DNA of 36,017 nt from Opitutales bacterium. GTDB taxonomy: Bacteria; Verrucomicrobiota; Verrucomicrobiia; Opitutales; JABSRG01. Below, piece by piece: positions 1 to 8,137 of this stretch (its first letter is position 1; each line of letters opens with the position of its first letter). A program made the translations under genes and the position numbers. The notes beneath the pieces were generated by a model that was given only the letters and a program-made list of their open reading frames with translations, was not told the DNA's origin and made no database searches. The stretch lies in assembly GCA_013215165.1 (NCBI GenBank), contig JABSRG010000040.1, forward strand, positions 1 to 36,017, given 5' to 3'.

Positions 1-33
1 TAGACACGATCAACCGCTACAGCCCATCAATAC

Positions 34-513
34 TCAGGTTTGATCTCCGCCATCAGGTCTTATGGGATGGCTGTGATCTGCATGTATTAAGTGCTGGGTA
101 TATCGTTTATAACGGTCGAGTAACTTTTTTTGAAGGTCTAGAGGGCTCTTAGCGTCATGAAGATCGGATAGATTTTCATAAGTGCTATTTCGCAGAAGAC
201 TTGGTGTTAAATTGTATTGTGTCGATCGCTCTCCCCTGAAATAGAATCGACCGCGAAGTGAGGAGTGATCGGATTTCTTCCCAATAGCGTCCATCCAATC
301 AAAGAATACTTCACTCGAAATTATATACCTTTGTCCTATTGGTATTTCCTGACTGTCGTCTGTGATAAGCTTTTTCGCAGATCTTAGACTGAGCCGCTTA
401 GCTTTTCGAAAAAGCTTATTGTCATCGGGACTCTCAAGGTAAGCATAGGGATTTGGTTTTCGAGACTTCATTAATGGCATATGATTTTTGATAACAGTTC
501 CCGTTATACACAC
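34..513 (-). CDS. FRG-domain protein (hypothetical). True start may be an internal Met.
   Basis: The motif FYFRGERSTQYNLTPSLLR fits the FRG-domain consensus ([FY]RG...L.PS..R). The gene lies in a lower-GC segment (1–660) than the rest of the window. Confidence 0.45.
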   Translation of the reverse strand: MCITGTVIKNHMPLMKSRKPNPYAYLESPDDNKLFRKAKRLSLRSAKKLITDDSQEIPIGQRYIISSEVFFDWMDAIGKKSDHSSLRGRFYFRGERSTQYNLTPSLLRNSTYENLSDLHDAKSPLDLQKKLLDRYKRYTQHLIHADHSHPIRPDGGDQT

Positions 514-889
514 ACAAACCGTCGTGATAACACGGAATATTCGCCGTGCTGTATCTTTCGATTTTATGGCGTAACATGTTGAATACGAAAAATTTCAGTG
601 TTGCTGGCAGCATGATATTGAAAATTTCTAAAACGATGCTGCCGTAGGTCGAGGCTTTTATGGCTCATAGGTTCGATCTTATCGGGCAGCTTTGGGATTT
701 CGTATTCTGCCTCTTGGTGGATTGTATCTCAAATGTCGGGTGGCTGGGCAATCCGCCCTCAGTTATGAAGCGTGCGCTTTTAGGACTGTTCCGTCTCCAA
801 TTCTTGAATGAGTTGCCCGGTGGGAATCAAGGGTTTGCTTGCTGGATTCAAGCCTTTCGTTCTGAGGGCGACTATGCATCTTCAAGCTT

Positions 890-2065
890 ATGACAATCGA
901 TTCTTGCGTGCGCGAAATTTTGGATGAAATTGTGGCGATCCGCCGCGATTTGCATGCGCATCCAGAAACGGCTTATGAGGAAGAGCGTACGGCCGGAATT
1001 ATTGCGGCAGAGCTACGTCAGATTCCCTTGATGGAAGTGGAAGAGGGCGTCGGGGACACGCCGGGCGTGGTGGGCGTGTTGAGGCGTGATCTGCCGGGGC
1101 CTTGTGTGGGCTTGCGTGCCGACATGGATGCCTTGGCTATGGAGGATGCCTGCGGTCAGGAGTGGGCATCCACGATCACGGGGAAGGCGCACACTTGTGG
1201 GCATGATGGACACACTGCGGCCTTGATTGGCGCCGCCCGTGTGCTGGGTGTGTTGCAAGAGCGACTCATGCATCCGGTAAAATTTATCTTTCAGCCTGCC
1301 GAAGAGGGCGGCGCTGGGGCAGAACGCTTATGCAAGGCGGGCGTGCTTAAAGATCCAGATGTGGCGGTAATTTACGGAATGCATGGTTGGCCTTGGTTAC
1401 CGAAGGGCACGGTCGGCGTGGCGAGTGGGCCGATCTTGGCCGCTTCCACGAGTATGGAAATTACCATAACTGGGCGCGGCGGTCATGCGGCTATGCCTCA
1501 CCAAACGGTGGACCCGGTGTATGTGTCTGCTCAAGTGATTACCGCTCTCCAAAGTATTATATCCCGCAACTTGAACCCGTGGGAGCCTGGAGTCATTTCC
1601 GTCTGCAAAGTCGACGCAGGTTCAGCTTTCAATGTCATTCCTGATTCGGTGCACATGCTCGGGACCGTCCGGGCATTATCGAATGAAACGAGCGACTTCC
1701 TATTTGATCGCATTCGCGAGACGGTTGGACAGGTGGCAGCAGCCTTCGGAGCTTATGGCGAGGTGACGTTTGACGATCCTTATCCGGCGACGGTGAACCA
1801 CCCGAGTGCGCTCAAGGCTTTCAAGCAGTCTATCAAGCCAGAGAAAGTCAAAGTGCAGAAAGTAGAGCCGGTGATGGGCGGCGAGGATTTTTCGTTCTAC
1901 GGTCAACAGATCCCGGCAAATTTCTGGTTTCTCGGCGTGCAAGATCCTGAGGCTGCCGAGACCCCACTGCTCCACCAGCCTGCTTACGATTTTCCCGATG
2001 ATCAACTCGGTCTCGCCATTAAGCTCCATGCGCGCTCGGCCCTGGGAAAAGTGGACGGGGTTTAG
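890..2065 (+). CDS. M20D-family amidohydrolase / peptidase (hippurate hydrolase, N-acyl-amino-acid amidohydrolase type)
   Basis: 391 aa. The metal-binding HTCGHDGH motif and N-terminal RRDLHAHPE are typical of the M20D amidohydrolase family. Confidence 0.8.
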   Translation: MTIDSCVREILDEIVAIRRDLHAHPETAYEEERTAGIIAAELRQIPLMEVEEGVGDTPGVVGVLRRDLPGPCVGLRADMDALAMEDACGQEWASTITGKAHTCGHDGHTAALIGAARVLGVLQERLMHPVKFIFQPAEEGGAGAERLCKAGVLKDPDVAVIYGMHGWPWLPKGTVGVASGPILAASTSMEITITGRGGHAAMPHQTVDPVYVSAQVITALQSIISRNLNPWEPGVISVCKVDAGSAFNVIPDSVHMLGTVRALSNETSDFLFDRIRETVGQVAAAFGAYGEVTFDDPYPATVNHPSALKAFKQSIKPEKVKVQKVEPVMGGEDFSFYGQQIPANFWFLGVQDPEAAETPLLHQPAYDFPDDQLGLAIKLHARSALGKVDGV

Positions 2066-2125
2066 GGCGGTTATTTCAATCGGAGCTGTGGCCAAAAGCC
2101 GACGGAGCGGCTTCCCTACAGCTGG
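2050..2125 (+). repeat. REP-like intergenic repeat, copy 3 (box TTTCAATCGGAG + hairpin AAGCCG-acggag-CGGCTT)
   Basis: It shares a 5' box and a 3' hairpin with the copies at 3709–3772 and 5078–5133. It sits at the convergent junction of the M20 gene and hipA. Confidence 0.5.
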
Positions 2126-2140
2126 ATGCAAGCGCTCTTA

Positions 2141-3358
2141 TTATTCGCCTAACCGAGGCATGGATCGGGCGATAGCCGCTGCATACCCATCGGGCAGCCC
2201 ATGTCTATCGGCGATTGATGGCCAGAGACCGACAGCCGCTTTTACGCTATCTAGGATCTCATCAATGCGTTTCGCTGATATGGAAAAGATGCGTCCGATG
2301 TCTTGAAAATGAGCGCGGTCGATACGATGGCCTCTTCCCCCAATCAGCATCCAATTACGACCCAAGGTATTGTCACAGAACACCAGGTCGTATGCAGGAG
2401 AAATGCGCCAGCTGTCATCGTAGAGAAATGAGAAGTTCTTGGCATGATCGTCACGGTTGTGGGCGAGGAAGTTAAACACCATGCGCCGAAACTGTTCTTC
2501 CACATCGCGTTGGTTCTTTGTCAGGGCGTAGGTGGTCCTGAGTAGATGGGCATAATCGTTTTCGGGGCTTTTGAAATCGAGGTGTTGCATTGATGCATAG
2601 GTGTGTAGGTGGATCCTTGAGTTGGGGTTTGTTGGCCTGCGATCGAAGCGGCGTATGGCAAAGTGGTGGCCGCCCTGCTCGTCCTGAATAAGTCGAGTTT
2701 CCGGAACTAGGATCCCTGCTTCTTCGGCTATTTCAAAATAGGCATGTTCCAGTTTTCCTTGGTTGTCATCAGGTCCAGCTGCGAACTTCAAAATCCAGGG
2801 TTCAAATCCGGGCGGGATCTCATCGCTTCCAGTGCACACACATTTTCCATCATCGCTAATCGCGACGAGCATCTTCGGCTGCGCACCTCCCGCTGTTGCT
2901 CCGGAGATCATAAGGCTGCTGTCTAACCGTTCATTATTATCCTGATGAGATAGGATGTGGTGTGCGGACCGAGCGGCTGACGCAATATTCACTGGGTCTG
3001 ATTTATCGATCGGTCCCTCGCTCGGTTCGAAAGTGAGTGCGCCCATCGTCTTATTACCCAAATGAGCCAGCAATCTCACGAGTGACGGGCGTTTGTGTCC
3101 TGCTTCTTCGAAGCGCCGCATAAGCACCGACATGCCAAACTTATCTGGTAGCGCGTCTTCAAACAGACCGGGTAGGACTCGGCCCGTCCCCCAGTGCTTC
3201 GGGCCGAAAACCCCTGGCTTGAGTGACAGATGAAAGGGCGAGAGATCGATGCCGTTGCGCAGCCAGAGCACATCATACTCGAAAAAATTTCCAGAGTCAG
3301 TCTCGAGGATCTGTCCTACGCGTTGATCTCCCAGAAATACATTGAGTCTAAAGGCCAT
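2141..3358 (-). CDS. hipA: HipA-family Ser/Thr kinase toxin
   Basis: 405 aa with a HipA N-terminal domain. P-loop-like GATAGGAQPKM, catalytic NRDDHAKNFSF and SPAYDLV motifs are present. It overlaps the upstream HTH gene by 11 nt. Confidence 0.8.
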   Translation of the reverse strand: MAFRLNVFLGDQRVGQILETDSGNFFEYDVLWLRNGIDLSPFHLSLKPGVFGPKHWGTGRVLPGLFEDALPDKFGMSVLMRRFEEAGHKRPSLVRLLAHLGNKTMGALTFEPSEGPIDKSDPVNIASAARSAHHILSHQDNNERLDSSLMISGATAGGAQPKMLVAISDDGKCVCTGSDEIPPGFEPWILKFAAGPDDNQGKLEHAYFEIAEEAGILVPETRLIQDEQGGHHFAIRRFDRRPTNPNSRIHLHTYASMQHLDFKSPENDYAHLLRTTYALTKNQRDVEEQFRRMVFNFLAHNRDDHAKNFSFLYDDSWRISPAYDLVFCDNTLGRNWMLIGGRGHRIDRAHFQDIGRIFSISAKRIDEILDSVKAAVGLWPSIADRHGLPDGYAAAIARSMPRLGE

Positions 3359-3611
3359 CGATATCGTCTAGGCTTTCGTATTCTGGGTCAGGAAAAAGCT
3401 CTTGGAGTGGCGCAAAGCTTCCCAAGACGCCAACAATCTTCAAGAAGTTCTCAAGTGAGGTTTGGCCGGTCGATTCGAAGAGGCGGTAGGTGGAATAGGG
3501 TATGCCGGTACGTTCGGACATGTCCTGTTGGGTCCAGCGGGCGTGCTTGCGCGCGCGTTTTACATCCGCAGATAATCGGGCTTGGACTTCTGTTGGAGTG
3601 AAGAGGTTCAT
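3348..3611 (-). CDS. hipB: XRE-family HTH antitoxin HipB
   Basis: 87 aa. The HTH (ARWTQQDMSERTGIPYSTYRLFE) sits immediately upstream of hipA and overlaps it. Operator-like palindromes lie upstream. Confidence 0.75.
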   Translation of the reverse strand: MNLFTPTEVQARLSADVKRARKHARWTQQDMSERTGIPYSTYRLFESTGQTSLENFLKIVGVLGSFAPLQELFPDPEYESLDDIDGL

Positions 3612-3680
3612 GCTATTATATTAGCAATAATGGAATGATGTCGGACCTTTAAAACAATATATTAGCATAATATAGAGATT
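3612..3680. promoter_or_regulatory. Putative hipBA promoter/operator: AT-rich region with inverted repeat TATATTAgcaTAATATA (about 3659–3675) and weaker copy ATATTAGCAATAAT (about 3616–3630)
   Basis: The palindromes lie directly upstream of the hipB start on the minus strand. HipB dimers are known to bind palindromic operators and autoregulate. Confidence 0.4.
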
Positions 3681-3708
3681 TGGTGTTGTTTATATCTGCC
3701 GGTACGGT

Positions 3709-3772
3709 GAGGCGTGGGCGTTTGTTCCAATCGGAGGCGAAGGCTGAAAGCCGCCAAAGCGGCTTTGCTATA
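3709..3772 (+). repeat. REP-like intergenic repeat, copy 1 (GAGGCGTGGGCG..TTCCAATCGGAG..hairpin AAAGCCGC-caaa-GCGGCTTT..GCTATA)
   Basis: Aligns with copy 2 over about 60 nt by eye. The hairpin stem is extended to 8 bp in this copy. Confidence 0.55.
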
Positions 3773-3944
3773 ATTTGGATTAACGTAGGGTGTCTTGGTC
3801 TAATCCCAGTGGTGGCGAAGCACCGCCCTCCGGCGATTTTTTAGTGGAGGGGCACGCTTTGCCGTGCCCTATTGCCTTAACCATGGGGTAGGGCCGGTTC
3901 GTCGAAGCGGGCCGCTTAAGGGGATATGGTTTCACCTGCGGGCA

Positions 3945-4862
3945 TCAATTTACTCCGCGAGTTGGAATCCAACACTTCACTTGATCTGTGTAGGTCTTAA
4001 ATTCTTCCCCGAATCTACTTTCGAGTTCTCTCTCCTCTATGGGGCGGATGAAGAAATTCCAGACAATCAACCCTAGGATGACGTAGATCGTCACCCAGAT
4101 GGATTCGAGAAAGAGTGAGGTTGCGAAGCCTTGCCCCAGTCCGGCTATTGCCATTGGGTTGCGCACCACAGCATAGGGTCCACTCACAACCAGCTTCTTT
4201 GGCGTGTCCATGGGGATGGGTGTGCCAAGCCCAGTGAAGGCCATGATGTAACTGCAATATAGGCCCAGGATGCCAAAAGCAGTAAAGAAGATTATGGCGA
4301 GGCCTTGAGGCCAATTAAACTCATCAGTCAGGATGTGTCCTCTGAGCTCTTGGGTGATAATTGCCGGTATGATAACGAGTGTGATTACCCATGCTATCGT
4401 GCTCTGGAATACAGCTTTGGCGAAAATGAATTTCCTATTGGAACGCCGATTTACACTCACCACTCCTTCTTCAAAACAGAGGTGTATGTTAAAGGCAGCG
4501 CCGACTACCATCGCTGCGGTGCCCAAGTAACCTCCTTCAAGCAGTAAAGAAGACGATAGGCAGAATAGCGCAGCATACCAAAAACCACCGAAGACTATGA
4601 AACGTGCCACCTTTGAATCCTGAAATGCAGCGCACAAAGAACCGAGAATAAGAATGCCTATATCTGGAAGTGCAAAGCTCATAAAGGCTGCTTGAGTCAT
4701 CCCAGGTAACTCGAACAAAGTGTAGAACGAATCGCTGGTTAGAATTCCGATCCACCAGACTAGTATTGCTATCGCCTGAAAAAGATAAGCGCTACGGATT
4801 GGGTCGTGGATCATACTCCAATGAATTACTTGCTTAGCCAGTGTTCTGCAAAGGAATATCAA
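3945..4862 (-). CDS. Isoprenylcysteine carboxyl methyltransferase (ICMT/PEMT) family membrane methyltransferase
   Basis: 305 aa and multi-TM. The C-terminal SGPYAVVRNPMAIAGL...FIRPIEERELESRFGEEFKTY segment is the ICMT-family signature. Confidence 0.7.
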   Translation of the reverse strand: MIFLCRTLAKQVIHWSMIHDPIRSAYLFQAIAILVWWIGILTSDSFYTLFELPGMTQAAFMSFALPDIGILILGSLCAAFQDSKVARFIVFGGFWYAALFCLSSSLLLEGGYLGTAAMVVGAAFNIHLCFEEGVVSVNRRSNRKFIFAKAVFQSTIAWVITLVIIPAIITQELRGHILTDEFNWPQGLAIIFFTAFGILGLYCSYIMAFTGLGTPIPMDTPKKLVVSGPYAVVRNPMAIAGLGQGFATSLFLESIWVTIYVILGLIVWNFFIRPIEERELESRFGEEFKTYTDQVKCWIPTRGVN

Positions 4863-5077
4863 TTCCCTTTTGGGGTAGGTTGACCATTAAAAACTAATCA
4901 TCAGTTTGCGTTTATTCCGGAACTTTTCCTCATTACTTGCAGAGCTGCCCAAGGCGGTCTGGGGCCCCCAAGGATGATGGAGTCGGTTCGCCGATCTGGA
5001 TCGATCAAGAGGCATCGATTTTTAGATTAAGATAGGGCGCGGGATCCTAGCGATTGTTGTAGTCGCCTCACTCTGTT

Positions 5078-5133
5078 GAGGCGTGGGCTGTGGTTTCAAT
5101 CGGAGCGGAAGTCGACTGAGCGGCTTTGCTACA
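5078..5133 (+). repeat. REP-like intergenic repeat, copy 2 (GAGGCGTGGGCTGTGGTTTCAATCGGAG..hairpin AAGTCG-actgag-CGGCTT..TGCTACA)
   Basis: Same box and hairpin as the other copies. A T:G wobble keeps the stem intact, which counts as covariation. It lies immediately downstream of the tlyA stop. Confidence 0.55.
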
Positions 5134-5878
5134 CCTTTCCCGTGGATTGCTTCGTCCAGCCGGCTAGGAATTCGCGGTTGCCGTCGCCGCCGGTGATGGG
5201 GGAGTCCATGGTGCCGATGAGTTGGGCGTCGGGGAGTTCCGCATGAGCGAAAGCGAGGATTTGCTGGAGGGTGCGGTCTTGGATTTTGGGGTCTTTGATG
5301 ACGCCGCGGAATTTATCTACCTCGGCTTTTTCCGCTTCGAACTGAGGTTTGATCAATGCGATTAATCTACCGCCTTCGGCTAAGCAGCTCCAAACCGCGG
5401 GGAGCACCTTGGTCAGCGAGATAAAAGACAAATCCATCACGATGATGGGGTAGTTCAGGAAGGGGAGATCTTCGGCTTTGAGGTTGCGGGCATTTATTTT
5501 CTCAAAGTTGCGCACGCGCGCGTCGCGGAGGAGCTTTCCGTTGAGTTGAGCGCGTCCGACGTCGATGCAGGTGGCGTCGATGACACCGCGTTGGAGGAGG
5601 CAGTCGGTGAATCCTCCGGTGGATGCCCCGACATCCAGGCTGCGAAGTCCAGATACATCGATAGAGAATTGATCTAAGAAGCCCTCCAGTTTCTCACCCC
5701 CGCGGCTGACAAAGCGTGGCGGTTGTTCGAGTTCGATCGCTGCGTCCGCAGGAAGCGCCTTGCCCGGTTTATCTATGACCTCGGTGCCCAAGCGCACCTT
5801 GCCGGCCATGATGAGCGCTTTTGCCCGCGAGCGCGTTTCGCTGAGTCCGCGGGCAACGAGCAATTCGTCTAGGCGCAT
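5129..5878 (-). CDS. tlyA: TlyA-family rRNA 2'-O-methyltransferase (hemolysin A-like). Start taken at the MRLDELL Met; the ORF extends to 5947.
   Basis: An S4 domain ([16 protein letters not shown]) is followed by an FtsJ-like methyltransferase fold ([12 protein letters not shown]). Confidence 0.75.
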   Translation of the reverse strand: MRLDELLVARGLSETRSRAKALIMAGKVRLGTEVIDKPGKALPADAAIELEQPPRFVSRGGEKLEGFLDQFSIDVSGLRSLDVGASTGGFTDCLLQRGVIDATCIDVGRAQLNGKLLRDARVRNFEKINARNLKAEDLPFLNYPIIVMDLSFISLTKVLPAVWSCLAEGGRLIALIKPQFEAEKAEVDKFRGVIKDPKIQDRTLQQILAFAHAELPDAQLIGTMDSPITGGDGNREFLAGWTKQSTGKV

Positions 5879-6019
5879 TTTCTTCGATTTGGGAGTCGGT
5901 GGCACGGATTGATTCACTCCAGATTCTCCTGAGATTTCAAACTGCAAATACCTGCTGTTTCCCGCTGATCTTCAAAGATTTGTGAATAACTTTGTTAATA
6001 ACGAATAGCCTTAATGATC

Positions 6020-6065
6020 TTGACTGTGGGACGAATTGTGGTGTTATGGGAGGAAATGGTGAGAT
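6020..6065 (+). promoter_or_regulatory. Putative dcw promoter (TTGACT at 6020–6025, TGTTAT at 6042–6047) with four direct TGGGA/TGGTG repeats at about 10-nt spacing (MraZ-box-like)
   Basis: The direct repeats TGGGA(6027), TGGTG(6039), TGGGA(6047), TGGTG(6057) lie just upstream of mraZ. MraZ is known to bind spaced TGGGN direct repeats in its own promoter. Confidence 0.45.
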
Positions 6066-6085
6066 TGGCCTCTCGCCTTTAATCC

Positions 6086-6556
6086 ATGGATTCACTCGGC
6101 ACAGGCACGTATATCGGGGAGCATAAGCGGACCTTAGATGATAAGGGACGGTTGACTGTTCCGGCTGCTTGGCGTCCGAAAAAACCGAAGGATCCCGCTG
6201 AATCAGCGCCTGCAGGCACCTTCCTCGCGATTCCGAACCAGAGTGGTTATATCTCGGTGTATCCTCCTGAACGGGTCGACGATCTGAAGGCCAAGCTCTC
6301 CAAGGTTGGGCTCAAGGACCGGGCCGTCCGGGTCAAGCTCACGCGGTTTTTGTCCAAGCTCCACGAATTCGAGTTCGATAAGCAGGGGCGGATCAACATC
6401 AGCGACAAGCTCCTCAGCGGCGCTGGTATCACGAAGGATGTGGTCCTTCTGGGGGAGCTTGCTTCCTTCGCTATCTACAATCCCGAGACCTACGCCAGCC
6501 ATGTCGACGGTACTGACGATGAGCTTGATGACGCCTTTGAGGAGTTCGACCTGTGA
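6086..6556 (+). CDS. mraZ: Transcriptional regulator MraZ
   Basis: 156 aa at the first position of the dcw cluster, with a duplicated DxxxR-type fold (DDKGRLTVP / DKQGRINISDKLL). Confidence 0.85.
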   Translation: MDSLGTGTYIGEHKRTLDDKGRLTVPAAWRPKKPKDPAESAPAGTFLAIPNQSGYISVYPPERVDDLKAKLSKVGLKDRAVRVKLTRFLSKLHEFEFDKQGRINISDKLLSGAGITKDVVLLGELASFAIYNPETYASHVDGTDDELDDAFEEFDL

Positions 6557-6727
6557 TCCATCGCGAAGCTATTCAAATTAATGCTAGCCCGATCGACCTG
6601 GTGCGTCGACGCCTCCGCGCTGATCGACTCCGGCGCTTCCAGCAAGCTCATGCACCTTCCGACATCTTACCTTTCACGCACCGCCCGTCTATAACCGTCG
6701 AAGCAGGAGGGCGACACATTCGCCATA

Positions 6728-7708
6728 ATGACCCACACCGCATCTAGTTTCTCAGCAAACCAGGAAGGGGAGCACCTGCCTGTGCTTTTCGATGAAGTCC
6801 TGTCGGTGTTTGAGGAGATGGATCGCAAGAACCTTTTGATTTGTGATGCGACCTTTGGCGGTGGGGGGCATACTTCCGGGTTTTTGGATCGTCTGCCTCA
6901 TTCGCGTGTGGTTGCCTTCGATCAAGATCCTTCGGCGGCGCCGCGGGCGGAGGCTGTGGAGGCAAGCTACGGTGAACGCTTCCGATTTATACCTGAAAAT
7001 TTTGAATCTATTCCAGAGGATGAGGAGTTGGGGAAGGGGTTTGATGGCGCTCTTTTTGACCTTGGGGTGAGTTCATTTCAACTGGACGAGGGGAATCGCG
7101 GGTTCTCCTTTCGCGAGGACGCAGCAGTGGATATGCGCATGGATCCCCGTGTCGGCATCAGTGCTGCAGAATTTCTTGAGACAGCCGATGAATCTGAACT
7201 TGTTGAAGCAGTCCGTGATTTTGGTGAGGAGAAGCGTTGGCGGACTGTGGTGGCAGCGATCATTCAGGCGCGGGGCACCGGTGCGCTGCAGACAACACAT
7301 CGTCTCGCTCAGCTCATCGAGGATACGCTCGGCCGGGCTCCAGCGTATCTGAAAGGGCGAAAAACCCTACGACGGCACCCAGCTACGCTCACCTTTCAAG
7401 GTATCCGCATCGCGGTGAATCGAGAGCTGGAGGTGATGGAGCGAGCGGTGCCGGCTACATTTAAACTCCTCAAAGCTGGAGGCCGGCTTGCGGTGATCAG
7501 TTTTCACTCCCTGGAAGATCGCTTCATCAAACGCATTTTTCGTCAGTTTGCTGGCCGTCCCGAGCACAAAAACGATTCGCGCCCTGCCGAAGAGCGCCAG
7601 ATCCAGGGCAAGTTGCTTACCACCAAAGCGATACAGGCCAGCGATGCCGAGCTGGCCCGCAACCCACGCAGTCGATCAGCCCGCCTCCGCCTCATTGAAA
7701 AACTCTAA
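6728..7708 (+). CDS. rsmH: 16S rRNA (cytosine1402-N4)-methyltransferase RsmH (MraW)
   Basis: 326 aa with N-terminal HLPVLFDEVL and a GGGGHT SAM motif. It follows mraZ in conserved order. Confidence 0.9.
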   Translation: MTHTASSFSANQEGEHLPVLFDEVLSVFEEMDRKNLLICDATFGGGGHTSGFLDRLPHSRVVAFDQDPSAAPRAEAVEASYGERFRFIPENFESIPEDEELGKGFDGALFDLGVSSFQLDEGNRGFSFREDAAVDMRMDPRVGISAAEFLETADESELVEAVRDFGEEKRWRTVVAAIIQARGTGALQTTHRLAQLIEDTLGRAPAYLKGRKTLRRHPATLTFQGIRIAVNRELEVMERAVPATFKLLKAGGRLAVISFHSLEDRFIKRIFRQFAGRPEHKNDSRPAEERQIQGKLLTTKAIQASDAELARNPRSRSARLRLIEKL

Positions 7709-7719
7709 TCACCTGTCCT

Positions 7720-8127
7720 ATGAATCCGCATTTTAAACTTAACATACTCACCTGTATCATCTTGTTGTCAGCCTTCAGCGGTGCTCTGGGGATCGTCTGG
7801 CAGAAAGTAGAGATCGCTGAGCAGGCCAAAGAAAATTTAAGAACCGAACGGCATATTCGTGACCTGGAGACGGAGCTGAGCGACGTCGTAAGACTTGTAG
7901 CGCAAACTGAGCGACGGGATAACCTCATTCAGCTGTTAGCCCAGCACGGCAGCACCTTGGCTCCGTATTCGCGCCAGCAAACCGTTCATCCGGGCGAAAA
8001 CTCAGGGCCGCTCTACCTAGATGGGGATGTCTCCATGGCCAGCCTTGAAAATCTCTCTATTCCCCCAGCAGTGCAGCAGCCCGTTGTCGCGCCTGACCTG
8101 CGCGTGCCCGTCTATTTGAGCCGCTGA
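7720..8127 (+). CDS. ftsL: Cell division protein FtsL-like (small bitopic membrane protein)
   Basis: 135 aa with a single N-terminal TM followed by a coiled-coil-like segment. It sits in the conserved slot between rsmH and ftsI. Confidence 0.6.
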   Translation: MNPHFKLNILTCIILLSAFSGALGIVWQKVEIAEQAKENLRTERHIRDLETELSDVVRLVAQTERRDNLIQLLAQHGSTLAPYSRQQTVHPGENSGPLYLDGDVSMASLENLSIPPAVQQPVVAPDLRVPVYLSR

Positions 8128-8137
8128 CCCCACTAAG

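Noticed and set aside
660-893. 77-aa + strand ORF upstream of the M20 peptidase
   Set aside because: It lies in the promoter/intergenic region, has no recognisable motifs and overlaps the M20 start. It is more likely a 5' UTR.
1700-2131. 143-aa minus-strand ORF antisense to the M20 peptidase 3' end
   Set aside because: It is entirely antisense to a well-supported gene. This is a typical GC-rich shadow ORF.
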